From positions 1-53,104 of the forward strand of contig JAHBMJ010000248.1 in assembly GCA_018398765.1 (NCBI GenBank): DNA of 53,104 bases, in the 5' to 3' direction. Positions within the stretch are counted from its first letter, which is position 1. Every line of letters starts with the position of its first letter. This DNA is from Chromera velia (taxonomy: Eukaryota). Below the pieces are notes generated by a model. The model did no database searches. It was not told the DNA's origin and saw only the letters and a list, made by a program, of their open reading frames with translations. Below are positions 51,480-53,104 of this stretch, piece after piece. The translations under genes were made by a program, and so were the position numbers.

Positions 51480-52132
51480 GGACGAAGGCTGTTCAGCCCA
51501 AGGGGGAAAGTTGACGTGTCTGGAATTTTCTTCACAGCGCGTCCATGCGGGGCTTTCATCTTCGCCGGGTACTTTTTTGGCCCGCGGTTGATTCAAAGTT
51601 AGAAGCTACCGACTTTTGTGTTTTTCTGAGCAAAAACAAAGAAAGAGGGAACTGGAGAAGCAGCCAGCAGTATGCTAGCACTGCCAGTGGCAGAACTGGA
51701 TGCGAGGTCCAATTGATCGTGATTTTGATTTCATTGCATGATTCACTTAATTCTAGATTCATTGTTTAGCTTAGTTCATGCATCTTGAGTCAGTAACTCT
51801 TTATATAAACAATACCAGTGTGTGGAGGTTACAAAGAGCCAGTTTTCAACCGGAGCTATAAAACATGTACATATAATTATTATGTATGTGTAAAAAAAAA
51901 AAACTAGAAAAAAAACTCCATTTTAGTACTAGAGGGTTTTCATAATTATAACGTTAGCGACGACTTGGCGTCATATCGTTTGCTCACATTTAACTAGAAA
52001 TTAAATTTACTAGGGCTCAGACTTTCACTAAAACTGTATGTTAGTAAGACTTTCGCTTTTTATATGTATAACCATATATGCGTGGTTTGAGATTGATTGA
52101 TCCTTGAATTAAATATACGTACACTTGAATAA

Positions 52133-52194
52133 GGCCTAGATTTGATTTGATTTGATTTGAAGTAGGGGTTAACCTCAAATCAAATCTTAGGCCT
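52133..52194. repeat. Short hairpin or minimal TIR remnant
   Basis: AGGCCTAGATTTGATTTGA versus TCAAATCAAATCTTAGGCCT. Confidence 0.55.
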
Positions 52195-52269
52195 GAGAAA
52201 CTTTAGTATGGCATTGACTTAAAGTTTGTTCCTAGCGTCTGGCCTATACGTCTTTCATCTCTTCCTTCT

Positions 52270-53104
<835 letters not shown>

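Overview
Eukaryotic genomic DNA: GT-AG spliceosomal introns, (CA)n and (GA)n microsatellites, GC-rich coding islands between AT-rich decayed repeats. The style resembles a chromerid alveolate such as Chromera (inference only). Left arm (1-16.6 kb): a divergent pair of enzyme genes, a bacterial-type Gfo/Idh/MocA-like oxidoreductase and a PhyH-type Fe(II)/2OG dioxygenase fused to a SAM methyltransferase. Next come an intronless gene with two tandem PD-(D/E)XK nuclease motifs and, divergent from it, an NLR-like STAND gene. The STAND gene has an N-terminal diadenylate-cyclase (DisA_N/DAC)-like domain, then NB-ARC, winged helix and a long helical C-terminus. That copy carries at least six in-frame stops and no frameshift. 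Middle (17-30 kb): a ~8 kb non-autonomous LTR element with ~1.1 kb LTRs, a 4-bp TSD and long internal inverted repeats, several MITEs and decayed ORFs. Right arm: three large intron-containing low-complexity hypothetical genes and the 3' end of a decayed RLE-type non-LTR retrotransposon. Most interesting: the DAC-NB-ARC fusion, a possible cyclic-dinucleotide-linked NLR in a protist, and a window-wide C-to-T transition/nonsense signature resembling RIP or methylation-driven decay.
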